Source of the DNA: Myxococcota bacterium
GTDB lineage: Bacteria > Myxococcota_A > UBA796 > CAJQPC01
Assembly: GCA_036229005.1 (NCBI GenBank)
Contig: JAZAMN010000019.1
Coordinates: forward strand, 1-63,661
DNA: 63,661 nucleotides
Reading direction: 5' to 3'
Position numbers and translations under genes: made by a program. Shown in pieces: positions 1 to 10,243 of the stretch; positions within the stretch are counted from its first letter, which is position 1; every line of letters begins with the position of its first letter. Below the pieces are notes generated by a model. It was not told where the DNA came from and did not search any database. It was given only the letters and a program-made list of their open reading frames with translations.

Positions 1-134
1 AGCGGGGCAAGCCACCCAAGGTCGCCTTGGTGGCCTCCATGCGGAAGCTGCTCACCGTCGTCTACGCAGTCGCGAACCAGGGTCATGGTTTCGTCGTGAG
101 ATCAGAAACCGGTTGACTGGACCAGCCGGTATCT
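1..134 (+). mobile_element. Right end of an IS110-family insertion sequence (partial; continues left of the window)
   Basis: Transposase C-terminus ends at 116. It overlaps TTGAC (113-117) and is followed by CCGGTATCT (126-134), resembling the IS621-type right end (ACAGTAT-CT, CT core). No terminal inverted repeat is visible. Confidence 0.75.
3..116 (+). CDS. IS110-family transposase/recombinase, C-terminal fragment (5' truncated by window edge)
   Basis: Hand translation of frame 3 (absent from the ORF track): RGKPPKVALVASMRKLLTVVYAVANQGHGFVVRSETG*. The GKxxKVAxVAxMRKLL motif is typical of IS110 transposase C-termini. Confidence 0.8.
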   Translation, partial: RGKPPKVALVASMRKLLTVVYAVANQGHGFVVRSETG

Positions 135-2626
135 CAGAGCCGCGCGCGCAGGCGGCGGGCCAGATCCACGATGGGGAGCTCCTGGATGGGGGCGACCTGC
201 CGCAGGATGGCCTGGACCTGGCCTCTGGTCCCGTTGGACTCGGGGTCGGCGAGCAGGCAGAAGCCGCGGGCGAGCTCCAGGCCGGCCCGGGAGCTGGCGT
301 CCTGGCCGACCGCGCCGGAGAGGACCTGCTCTGCGGCCTCCGGGCGGCCCATGGACGCGAACACGATGGCGCGCTCTGCGGCCAGCCACCAGTGGGCGAA
401 CGCGGGGAGCTCCGGTTCGGCCTTGTCGAAGGCGGCCAGCGCGGGTGCCCAGCGGCCCTCCAGCGCCTCGATGCGGCCCAGGTTGAAGGTGGCGAAGGCC
501 GCGCCGGGGCGCAGGCCGACCTCGGACAGGGTGTGACGGGCCTCGGTCAGCAGGGCTGCGGCGCGCTCGAGCTGGCGTTGATGGATGGCGAGCTGCGCCA
601 GGTTGGTCTTGGAGAGCGCGGCTCCTTGTCGGCTGCCCAGGTGCTGGGTCAGGGAGAGGGCGGCCCGCCACTGCTGCTCGGCTTGGGCGGCGTCGCCGGT
701 GTAGAAGAAGAGGTTGCCCAGGTTGTGGTGGAGGGCGGCGGCGTTCGCGCGGTCCCCGATGCGCTCGCAGATCTGGAGGGCGGCCCGGTAGGCGCGCTCG
801 GCCTCCTCGTAGCGCTCCTGGGACAGGTGCAGGGAGGCCAGGGTGCCCAGGGCCAGGAAGGCCGGGCCGGGGGCATCCTGCAGGCGTGCGCGGGCCAGGG
901 TCTCCTGCAGCATCGGGGTGGCCTCGCTGGCACGCCCACTGCGGATGAGGCAGTAGGCCAGCTCTGTCTGGGCGTTGAGCCGTCTGGCCCCCTGGAGCCC
1001 AGAGAGCGCTCCCTCCAGAATGGGGACGGCCGCGGCGGGGTCTCCCTGGTGTCGCAGGAGCTTGCCCCTCCGGTAGGCCACCTCGCCCGGGGGGGCTTCG
1101 CCGAGCTGGGAGGCCCGGTCGATGTCCCGCTCGGCGGCGGTCAGGCTGGCCCGCACCAGCCAGAGGTTGGCCCGCTCCAGGAGCAGCTCGGCCTGAACCC
1201 GTCCCTGGGCAAGGCCGATCGCGGCGTCCAGCCACTCCATGGCCCGGGCGGTGCTGCGGCGCCGGATCAGGGGGACGGCCAGCAAGAGTACGAGGTCGGC
1301 GGCGCGGGGATCCTCGGCGCGCAATCCCCCCTGGATGGCGACCCTCAGGTTGGCCCACTCGCGGGAGAGGAACGCGGACTCCCGACCGGCCTGGAAGCCC
1401 TCCTGTCGCTCCCGGGCCAGCCGCAGGAAGAGGGCGCGGTGCTCGGAGGCGGCGCGCGAGAGGTCGGCGCGCTCCTGTACAAAGTGCCGGAGGGGATCGA
1501 GCAGGAGCAGGCGGCCCTGGCGCTCGGTCAGCCACCCGAGCTGCTGGAGGTGCTTGAGGGTGGACAGGCCGCCTGGACCGGCGAGCTGGGCGGCCTCGGA
1601 CAGGCGCAGGCCGGAGGGGCTCAGGGCCAGAGGCTCAAGGGCCTGTCGGTGGGGGAGGGGAGTGCGCTCCCAGCTCCATCGCAGCACGCTCTGCATCGAG
1701 GCGTGGCGGCCCTCCCCGCCGCTGAGCATGGCGCTCAGATCCGCCAGGATGGGGCCCAGGTCCTGCGGGCTGAAGGCGGCCAGGTGGTCCGCGGCGAGCT
1801 CCAGGGCCAAGGGGATGCCGCCCAGGCGCTCGACCAGCTCTCGGACTCCGGGGGCCTCCAGGGTTCCGGGGGCGCGCTGCTCGAAGAGGGCGGCGGCCTG
1901 CGGGGGCGAGAGGGGAGCCAGCAGGTGGGTGGGCTGGTCCTGGGGAGGGAGGCGGGAGGTGATGAGGACGGACACCGGGGCACACCACCGGGCCACCCAG
2001 GCCTCCACCACCGCCTGAAGCTCCTCGGCGCCGTCGAGGACAACGAGTCGCAGACCGCGGGACTGGAGGGCGAGGTCTGCGGACTCCAGGTGGGCGAGCT
2101 GCTCGATGTCCAGGGCGGAGGCGATCGCGGCCAGTAGTTCCTCGCTGGTGCTGCGATCGCTGAGATCGACCCACAGGGCCTGCTCGGCCAGGGGGTGGGC
2201 CAGCTCCCTGGCGAGCGCCGATTTGCCGAATCCCCCCGGAGCCACGAGCCAGCAGGGGCCCTGATCCAGGAGCGCGCGCAGGGTCTGGAGATCCCCCGAG
2301 CGGCCCAGCAGGCCCCGGTGTGCGCCCAGGGGGTCGAAGCGGTACCCCTCGCCGTAGAGGGTGTGCAGGTGGGTGGGGTTCGCCGGGTCCAGCTCCACCT
2401 TGGCCCGCAGGCGCTGCATGGTGGTGACCGCGGTGCGGCTCCGGACGGACTGGGCGTAGCCAAAGACCTCGCGCAGCAGCTCGGACTGGCTGACGGTCTG
2501 ACCGGGGCGCTCGGCCAGGTAGGCGAGCAGGCGGGCCTCGTTCGGGGTCAGTCGGAGCGTGTCCTCCCCCCGGGTGAGGATCCGCTCGCTCAGCTCGGCG
2601 TGGCCGCATTCCAGAGGGATTCGCAC
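134..2626 (-). CDS. OmpR-type winged-helix + STAND/NB-ARC-like ATPase + TPR regulator
   Basis: N-terminal wHTH (LTPNEARLLAYLAERPG...LRAKVELDPANPTHLHTLYGEGYRF), Walker A APGGFGKS, Walker B VVLDGAE, GxPLALELAA motif, C-terminal TPRs. Start placed at GTG 2626 because the longer ORF overlaps the upstream gene. Confidence 0.85.
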   Translation of the reverse strand: MRIPLECGHAELSERILTRGEDTLRLTPNEARLLAYLAERPGQTVSQSELLREVFGYAQSVRSRTAVTTMQRLRAKVELDPANPTHLHTLYGEGYRFDPLGAHRGLLGRSGDLQTLRALLDQGPCWLVAPGGFGKSALARELAHPLAEQALWVDLSDRSTSEELLAAIASALDIEQLAHLESADLALQSRGLRLVVLDGAEELQAVVEAWVARWCAPVSVLITSRLPPQDQPTHLLAPLSPPQAAALFEQRAPGTLEAPGVRELVERLGGIPLALELAADHLAAFSPQDLGPILADLSAMLSGGEGRHASMQSVLRWSWERTPLPHRQALEPLALSPSGLRLSEAAQLAGPGGLSTLKHLQQLGWLTERQGRLLLLDPLRHFVQERADLSRAASEHRALFLRLARERQEGFQAGRESAFLSREWANLRVAIQGGLRAEDPRAADLVLLLAVPLIRRRSTARAMEWLDAAIGLAQGRVQAELLLERANLWLVRASLTAAERDIDRASQLGEAPPGEVAYRRGKLLRHQGDPAAAVPILEGALSGLQGARRLNAQTELAYCLIRSGRASEATPMLQETLARARLQDAPGPAFLALGTLASLHLSQERYEEAERAYRAALQICERIGDRANAAALHHNLGNLFFYTGDAAQAEQQWRAALSLTQHLGSRQGAALSKTNLAQLAIHQRQLERAAALLTEARHTLSEVGLRPGAAFATFNLGRIEALEGRWAPALAAFDKAEPELPAFAHWWLAAERAIVFASMGRPEAAEQVLSGAVGQDASSRAGLELARGFCLLADPESNGTRGQVQAILRQVAPIQELPIVDLARRLRARL

Positions 2627-2670
2627 CGGAGCACTGTATCCCGTCTGGTCCGCAGGCCCCCTTGTCAGGG

Positions 2671-5442
2671 CTACCAGCCGGCGTTCTCTCCGCCGTAGGC
2701 GCCGATGTCGCTGCCGCTGCCGTCGCTGTCCAGCAGGCCCGTATCTCCGGCGTCGATCAGCGCGGAGCCGGTGTCCAGGCTCAGGTCCCAATCTTCGGCG
2801 TCGGTGGCGGTGGTGTCCTTGTATCCGGGGTCCGTGGAGACGTTGCCGTCGGTGCCGGTGGGGTCGGTCGCGCTGCCGTCGAAGTCAGCGGTGCCGTTGT
2901 TGTAGGTGTTGCAGTACGCCAGATCCAGGAGGCCGGAGCTGTGCCAGCCGGCGCCGTTGCCCGTGTCGTTGGTGGTGTTGTTGGAGAGGTCGCTGTTCAG
3001 CGCCTCCAGGAGCCCGGCGCTGTAGACGGTGCCGAAGTTCCCGCTGGTGCCGGTCATGGCGTTGCCGGTGATGCTGGCCTGGCTGAGGACCAGGTCGTCG
3101 CTGCTGTCCGAGCAGATGGCCAGCCCGGCGACCACCTGGGCGTCGCTGCTGTTGCCCGCGAAGATGGCGTTCTCCAGGTAGGTCAGGTTGCGGTCGCTGT
3201 AGAGCATCCCGGCGAACAGGTCGGAGCCGCCGACGTCGCTGTAGGCGTTGTCCCGCACATCCATCCGCTCGATGATCAGGAGGCTGCTGTCCGCGTAGAG
3301 GGCGAGCCCAGCGACGGCGTTGTCACCGCCGGTGGTGTTCACGCTGTTGGCCATGAAGTCGTAGTCGCTGATCTCCAGGGAGGAGTACTCGACGTAGAAG
3401 CCCAGCCCGTAGAGGGTGTCTTCGCCGCTGAGGCTCACGCTGTTGTCGCGGATCACCAGCTCGGAGAAGGTGGACTCGCTGTCGTAGGCGTAGATCATGC
3501 CGGTGCACGAGCCGCTGCAGCTATAGCTGTTGTCGGAGATCACGATGTCCGAGAACACGGGGGAGGTGCCGTCCAGCACGATCGCGCCGCCCACCTTGCT
3601 GTCCACGCCGGTGAACGCGAAGCCGCTGACGCTGGACGCGCTGGTCTGGCCGCCGTCGATGGTCAGGATGGTCCCGGAGCCGGTGGAGCCGTCCAGGGTG
3701 GTGCTCGCGCTGCCGTTCTGGGACTCCAGGGTGAGCTCCTTGGCGCCGAAGTCCAGGGTCTCCGCGTAGGTGCCGTCGGCGACGCAGACCCAGTCCCCGC
3801 TGGAGGCCGCGTCGATGGCGGACTGGATGGTGCTGTAGTCGCCGGGCACGGCCAGCTCGGCGGTGGTGCCGTCGCAGTCGGAGTCGGCGCCGTCGCAGAC
3901 CTCGGTCGCGCCCGGGTAGGCGGTGGCGACCGCGTCATCGCAGTCGGTGCCCGCGACCACGCCGCTTCCCGGGGCGTCACTGCCGTAGCCGTCCCCGTCG
4001 GCGTCGGTCATGCAGTCCGTCGTGGAGTCGCTCGCCGCCGCGCCGGGGAAGGTGCTGGCATCGGCGTCGTCGCAGTCGGTGCCGTCCGCACCGTAGCCGC
4101 TGGGGGCCAGGCAGGCCGCCACGCTGGTGGCCGCGTCGCCGAAGCCGTCGCTGTCGCTGTCGGCGTACCAGGTGCTGCCCGTGCTGGTGTCCACGCTGCT
4201 GTCCGCGTCGTCGATGTCGCCGTCGCAGTCGTTGTCGGCCAGATCGCAGATCTCGGTGGCGGCCGGGTGGATGGCGGCGTCGCCATCGTCGCAGTCGCTG
4301 GCGTCGCTGGTGTAGCCGGAGGGGGCCTCGCAGGCGGCGGTGCTGCTGGCGGGATCGCCGTAGCCGTCGCTGTCCCCGTCCAGGTAGTAGGTGCTGCCCG
4401 TGCTCAGGTCCACGGCGCTGTCGGCGTCGTCGGAGAGCCCGTCGCAGTCGTCGTCCACGCCGCCGTTGCAGACCTCGGTCGCGCCGGGGTTGATGATGGC
4501 CGCGTCGTCGTCGCAGTCGCTGCTGTCGGCCACGTAGCCGCTGGGCGGGCTGCAGCTCGTCTGGCTGTCGTCGATGTCGCCGTAGCCGTCGGAGTCGGTG
4601 TCGGCGTAGTAGTCGCGCAAGGTGCTCAGGTCGACGCTGTCGTCCTGGTCGTCGAAGAGCCCGTCGCAGTCGTTGTCCAGGCCGTCGCAGACCTCGGCCC
4701 CGCCGGGGTAGGCGCTCGCGGCGGCGTCGTCACAGTCGCCAGCGGCGCCGGCGTACCCGGAGGGCTGGGCGCAGGCGGCCAGGGTGTCGGCGTCCCGCCC
4801 GAAGCCGTCGGTGTCGTCGTCCGCGTACCAAGTGCTGGTGGTGGCCATGTCCAGGGAGTCGTCGGCGTCGTCGGCCAGGCCGTCGCAGTCGTCGTCCACC
4901 CCGTCGTTGCAGACCTCGGTGGCGGCGGGGTTCACGGCCGCGGCGCCGTCATCGCAGTCCGTGTTGTCCAGGACGTGGTCGGCGGGCTCGGAGCAGAAGC
5001 GCCGGGAGCTCAGGTTGTCGCCGAAGCCGTCGCCGTCGGTGTCTGCGTAGTAGAGGGTGGAGCTGGCGGCGTCCAGGGAGTCATCGTCTCCGTCGGCCAG
5101 GCCATCACAGTCGTCGTCCACGCCGTCGTTGCAGACCTCGATCGCGGAGGGATGAACGGAAGCGTCGCTGTCATCGCAGTCATCCGCGTTGGCCGCGTAG
5201 CCGGAGGGCAGGCCGCAGGCCTCGGTGGGGTTGGCCTCGTCGCCGAAGCCGTCGCCGTCGCTGTCGGCGTACCAGGTGGGGGGCGCCTCATCGATCTTGC
5301 CGTCGCAGTCGTCGTCGATCCCGTTGCAGGTGTCGACCGCGTCCGGGTTGACGGCCGCGGAGCCGTTGTCGCAGTCGTCCTTGCCCTTGAACCCGTCGCC
5401 GTCGGAGTCACAGGCCAGCAGGAGGGAGAGGAGAACGAGCAT
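2671..5442 (-). CDS. Lipoprotein with MopE-type putative metal-binding repeats and C-terminal right-handed beta-helix
   Basis: Signal MLVLLSLLLAC with GAGG upstream; repeated DCDD..PGATEVCxGxDDDCDG and WYADxDGDGFG units; VPGDYSTIQSAIDAA..GTY beta-helix start; C-terminal LIDAG..DIGAYGG. Confidence 0.85.
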   Translation of the reverse strand: MLVLLSLLLACDSDGDGFKGKDDCDNGSAAVNPDAVDTCNGIDDDCDGKIDEAPPTWYADSDGDGFGDEANPTEACGLPSGYAANADDCDDSDASVHPSAIEVCNDGVDDDCDGLADGDDDSLDAASSTLYYADTDGDGFGDNLSSRRFCSEPADHVLDNTDCDDGAAAVNPAATEVCNDGVDDDCDGLADDADDSLDMATTSTWYADDDTDGFGRDADTLAACAQPSGYAGAAGDCDDAAASAYPGGAEVCDGLDNDCDGLFDDQDDSVDLSTLRDYYADTDSDGYGDIDDSQTSCSPPSGYVADSSDCDDDAAIINPGATEVCNGGVDDDCDGLSDDADSAVDLSTGSTYYLDGDSDGYGDPASSTAACEAPSGYTSDASDCDDGDAAIHPAATEICDLADNDCDGDIDDADSSVDTSTGSTWYADSDSDGFGDAATSVAACLAPSGYGADGTDCDDADASTFPGAAASDSTTDCMTDADGDGYGSDAPGSGVVAGTDCDDAVATAYPGATEVCDGADSDCDGTTAELAVPGDYSTIQSAIDAASSGDWVCVADGTYAETLDFGAKELTLESQNGSASTTLDGSTGSGTILTIDGGQTSASSVSGFAFTGVDSKVGGAIVLDGTSPVFSDIVISDNSYSCSGSCTGMIYAYDSESTFSELVIRDNSVSLSGEDTLYGLGFYVEYSSLEISDYDFMANSVNTTGGDNAVAGLALYADSSLLIIERMDVRDNAYSDVGGSDLFAGMLYSDRNLTYLENAIFAGNSSDAQVVAGLAICSDSSDDLVLSQASITGNAMTGTSGNFGTVYSAGLLEALNSDLSNNTTNDTGNGAGWHSSGLLDLAYCNTYNNGTADFDGSATDPTGTDGNVSTDPGYKDTTATDAEDWDLSLDTGSALIDAGDTGLLDSDGSGSDIGAYGGENAGW

Positions 5443-5523
5443 GGAGACCTCGGCGCGGGGTGGAGAGCGCCGAGAGATTACTCCCTTTTCCCCATTTTTT
5501 CTGCGGGGATCCAAATCCCAAGG

Positions 5524-6888
5524 CTAGGGCTGCGGAAGCTCCACGCTGTCCTGCCCAAAGCTCTGCGGCCAGGGACCGCTGTAGCTGCCGTCGTAGCAGG
5601 CATCCTCCGCGCAGGCGGACGCGCAGATCTCCTCGCTCAACGCCCAGGATCTCTCGCTCCCCCAGTGGAGCGTGAGTGGGCTGAGGGACTTCTGGCAGTA
5701 GTTCTGGTCGGTCGCCACCCAGCTCAGGACCTGCCCCGGGTTGCCCTCAAAGGTGATCGGCGGCAGCGCGCTCTTGGACCCGCTCTCGTCGCTCAGCAAC
5801 ACCTGCGCGTCCAGCTCCACCCGCAGGTCATCGTCCACCACGATGAAGTCGTACACGGTCTCGCCTCCGCTGAGCACCCACTGGGTGGGCTCCCCGGGCG
5901 CGAACACCCCCAGATCGATGGCGTCCTCGGCGCTGTTTCCCTGGCTGTCCAGCACCCGCAGCGTCAGGCGCAGGGGGTTGCCCTCGGGCAGCTCCGTCTC
6001 CAGGCTCACCAGCCCATCCGCGCTCGCCACGCTCGTCCCCAGCAGCGCGCTGTCCGCGTACCAGGCCACCAGCAGGTCCTCCGGCGCGTCCCCCTGGTCC
6101 ACCGCCAGGCCCTCCAGGCTCACGCGCTCATCGCTCCAGTGGTGGCTGCCAAAGGCGGGGGCGGTGATCTGCGCGGTCGGGGGGCCCTCGGTCTCGCCGG
6201 TGTTGGCCAGCAGGCGCAGCGACTCGTGGCTGCCCTCCGCTCCGTTCCCGACGAACACCAGCCGCGCGTCCTTGGGCTCGGAGTCGCTGGGCGCGCAGGT
6301 CACGCTCAGGCTCAGCCCGCTCCCGGCCTCCAGCACCAGCGGAAGCTCGGCGTCACCGGCAAGCGCCCACGTGAAGTCTGGATCCGCCGCCTGCAGATCG
6401 CTGATCCGCAGCGTCCCGCTCCCGCGCGCCAACAGATCCACCTGCAGGGTCGCGCTCTCCCCTACATCCAGGTCCCCGAACCACAGCGTCTGGGGCTGCA
6501 GCTCCAGCAGTGGAGCGGTCGCCTCGGCGGTGATCGACACGGTCGTCAGCGGGGTGTCCTCGTCGTTGGATTCGACCTCCAGGGAGGTGGTCCAGGCCCC
6601 GGTCTCCGTCGGTGAGAAGCGGATCTCGATCTCACCGAGATCCCCCCTCACCACCGGGACATCCGTGAATCCCACCACCTCCATGCCCGCTGGCGCCGTC
6701 GAGGACAGGCTGGCCGCGAGCAGCTCGAGATCCCCCACACCCTGGCTCTCCACCGGCACCCGCGCAGTGGCCTGCGTGCCCACCACGACCTGACCGAAGT
6801 CCAGGGTGGACGGGAGCGAGATCCGGGCCTCCCCGGCGTTGACCTGGGTCTCGGGGCGGCAGGCAGTGATGGCGAGGAGCAGCAGCAT
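5524..6888 (-). CDS. Lipoprotein with tandem Ig-like (choice-of-anchor D/ASH-like) domains
   Basis: Signal MLLLLAITAC; two LxFG..VG-type modules, then a PTAQITAP Ig-like module. Confidence 0.7.
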   Translation of the reverse strand: MLLLLAITACRPETQVNAGEARISLPSTLDFGQVVVGTQATARVPVESQGVGDLELLAASLSSTAPAGMEVVGFTDVPVVRGDLGEIEIRFSPTETGAWTTSLEVESNDEDTPLTTVSITAEATAPLLELQPQTLWFGDLDVGESATLQVDLLARGSGTLRISDLQAADPDFTWALAGDAELPLVLEAGSGLSLSVTCAPSDSEPKDARLVFVGNGAEGSHESLRLLANTGETEGPPTAQITAPAFGSHHWSDERVSLEGLAVDQGDAPEDLLVAWYADSALLGTSVASADGLVSLETELPEGNPLRLTLRVLDSQGNSAEDAIDLGVFAPGEPTQWVLSGGETVYDFIVVDDDLRVELDAQVLLSDESGSKSALPPITFEGNPGQVLSWVATDQNYCQKSLSPLTLHWGSERSWALSEEICASACAEDACYDGSYSGPWPQSFGQDSVELPQP

Positions 6889-6936
6889 CGGGCTAACCCA
6901 CAGAGCCTATCTTCCTGGCCGCAGGGCCGCCCGGAG

Positions 6937-7925
<989 letters not shown>

Positions 7926-7929
<4 letters not shown>

Positions 7930-8765
7930 GCACTCCCCCCTGGTTCGAGCACCCCGCAGCCCAGCTCAAGTCGCTGGAGCAGCGCGCCCGCAAGCGCTTC
8001 GGGCAGAACTTCCTGGTCGACCCCACCGCCGTCCGGCGCATCGCCCAGCTCGGCGGCGTCACCGAGGGCACCCGCGTGCTGGAGATCGGCCCCGGCTTGG
8101 GGGCCCTGACCCGAGCACTGCGAGCGGCCGGCGGCGACGTCCACGCCATCGAGCTGGACCGGGATCTCGCCGACTACATCGAGACCACGCTCCCCACGGT
8201 GAAGCTCACCCGCGGCGACGCGATGAAGGTGGATCTCGAAGAGGCCGCGCCCGGCAGCGGCTGGGTCTGCTGCGCGAACCTGCCCTACAACGTCGGCACG
8301 CGCATCCTGCTGCGCCTGCTCCCCCGCAAGGACAAGTTCGACCGCCTGGTCCTGATGTTCCAGCGCGAGGTCGCCACCCGCCTGGTCGCCCAGCCGCGCA
8401 CCAAGTCCTACGGCTCTCTGACCGTCATGGCGCGGGCCTACGCGCGGATCCGCCACGGCTTCGCGCTGCCCCCTGGCGCCTTCCACCCCGCCCCCAAGGT
8501 GCACTCCGCGGTCGTCGTGTTCGACCTGCGGGACGAGCCCGAGCTGGGCGGCGCCACCCCCGAGGGCTTCGAGAAGGCCGTCCGGGCCGGGTTCTCGCAG
8601 CGGCGCAAGACCCTGGCCAACGCCATGGGCAGCGTCTACGGCAAGGAGCCCATCCGGGAGCTGCTCACCGAGCTCGGGATGGAGCGCCGCCGCGCCGAGG
8701 AGCTCACCCTGGCCGAGTGGGGCGTCGTGGCCAAGGCCGTGGAGCGCCTGGAGCCCCCCGCGTGA
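7926..8765 (+). CDS. rsmA: 16S rRNA m6,2A dimethyltransferase (KsgA)
   Basis: KRFGQNFL, LEIGPGLGALT, ANLPYN, F.QRRKTL; ATGA overlap with the tsaD stop. Confidence 0.96.
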
Positions 8766-10183
8766 AGGTCCGCACCCAGCTCCTCACGGCTCAGCTCGCG
8801 CCGCTGATCCCCTTGGTGCTGGCGGGCGGCATCGCCCTGATCGCCCTGTTCCAGATGACCAGCGGCGTACAGGACGTGGCCACCGTCGGCGTCGAGCGGG
8901 TGCACCTGGCCCAGGAGACCACCCAGTTCTTCCGCGAAGAGCGGGACGCCCTGGAGACCTGGCGCACCACCGGAGACGGAGAGGCCCTCGCCGAGGCCCA
9001 GCGCCGCAGCGGGTCTGTGAAGGGGAGGTTGGAGCTGATCGCCAACGGCGCCGAGGCAGACCGCTTGAACACCCTGATCACCGCCTACGAGTCGACCGCT
9101 GGACTCGCCGGCGAGGTCACCGGGGAGCCGACCCGGATCCAGGCGGACGGAGACGCCATCGTCGCCGAGCTCCAGGGCCGGGAGGGCCGCCTGCGCGAGC
9201 AGCTCCAGACGGACCTGGACCGCGTCGCCAAGACCGGCCGCACCACCGCCACGCTCGTGGTCGTGGTGGTCGGTATCGTGCTCATCGTGGGGGTCGTGAT
9301 GGCCCGCGTGCTGGGCCGGGAGCTCACCCGGGCCGTGCGCGAGCTGCAGAAGGGGACCGAGGGCGTCGCCGCGGGCGACTTCGAGTACCGGATCAGCCCC
9401 CTGGAGGTCGATGAGCTCGACCAGCTCGCCCGCGCCTTCAACAAGATGGCCGGCCGCATCGCCGAGCACGACCGGATGAAGACCGACTTCTTCGCCAACA
9501 TCTCCCACGACCTCAAGACCCCGCTCACCTCGCTGGGGGAGGCGGTGGATCTGGTGGACGAGGAGATCCCCGGGCCGCTGACCGACACCCAGCGCCGCCT
9601 GGTGCGCATCATGAAGGAGGACGTCCGGCGCCTGCGCACCCTGGTCACCAACGTGCTGGACCTCTCGCGCCTTGAGAGCCGGCAGCCGGAGCTGGCCCCC
9701 GCGGATCTGAGCACCTCGGTCCACCGCATCGCGAATGAGCTGGAGATGATGCTCAAGCGTCAGCAGGTGAACCTGGATGTGCAGGTGCCCCAGGGTCTCC
9801 CTCGGGTCTACGCGAACACGGGCATGCTCGAGCAGGTGCTGATGAACCTGATGTCCAACGCGGTCAAGTTCAGCCCCCGGGGCTCGCTCGTGCAGCTCGG
9901 CGCGGTCGACGGCTGGGAGGAGGGCGGTCAGCCCGCGATCTGCGTGTGGGTGGACGACCAGGGGCCCGGCGTCCCGGAGGCGCACCGCGAGCGGATCTTC
10001 GAGCGCTTCTACCAGGTGCCGCGGGCCGAGAAGCGCGGGGGCTCGGGGCTGGGCCTCTACATCTGCCAGGAGATCGTGGCCGCCCAGGGCGGGCGGATCT
10101 GGGTGGAAGAGGCGCCGTCGGGCGGGGCCCGCTTCTGCTTCACGCTGGCCGTCGCCACGGAGAACACCTTCACGGGTGTATGA
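8762..10183 (+). CDS. HAMP-domain sensor histidine kinase
   Basis: Two TM segments, HAMP (DELDQLARAFNKM), H-box SHDLKTPL, NLMSNAVKF, DQGPG, GSGLGL; GTGA overlap with rsmA. Confidence 0.93.
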   Translation: MKVRTQLLTAQLAPLIPLVLAGGIALIALFQMTSGVQDVATVGVERVHLAQETTQFFREERDALETWRTTGDGEALAEAQRRSGSVKGRLELIANGAEADRLNTLITAYESTAGLAGEVTGEPTRIQADGDAIVAELQGREGRLREQLQTDLDRVAKTGRTTATLVVVVVGIVLIVGVVMARVLGRELTRAVRELQKGTEGVAAGDFEYRISPLEVDELDQLARAFNKMAGRIAEHDRMKTDFFANISHDLKTPLTSLGEAVDLVDEEIPGPLTDTQRRLVRIMKEDVRRLRTLVTNVLDLSRLESRQPELAPADLSTSVHRIANELEMMLKRQQVNLDVQVPQGLPRVYANTGMLEQVLMNLMSNAVKFSPRGSLVQLGAVDGWEEGGQPAICVWVDDQGPGVPEAHRERIFERFYQVPRAEKRGGSGLGLYICQEIVAAQGGRIWVEEAPSGGARFCFTLAVATENTFTGV

Positions 10184-10243
10184 TTTTCGGTACACCTCTC
10201 TCCTCTCCACAACGCCCCTCGCGACCCGACCCTGGAGGCACCC

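Noticed and set aside
134..2626. STAND ATPase-TPR protein as an Avs-type antiphage system
   Set aside because: The N-terminal domain is an OmpR-type DNA-binding winged helix rather than a toxic effector; fits a transcriptional regulator.
2671..5442. MopE-type repeat lipoprotein as a novel system
   Set aside because: Such repeat proteins are common in myxobacteria-like genomes; nothing distinctive beyond the short signal peptide.
10181..10243. Kinase-regulator fusion by TGA read-through or selenocysteine
   Set aside because: The frames are continuous, but I see no SECIS-like hairpin, and a strong SD before the CTG explains independent initiation more simply.
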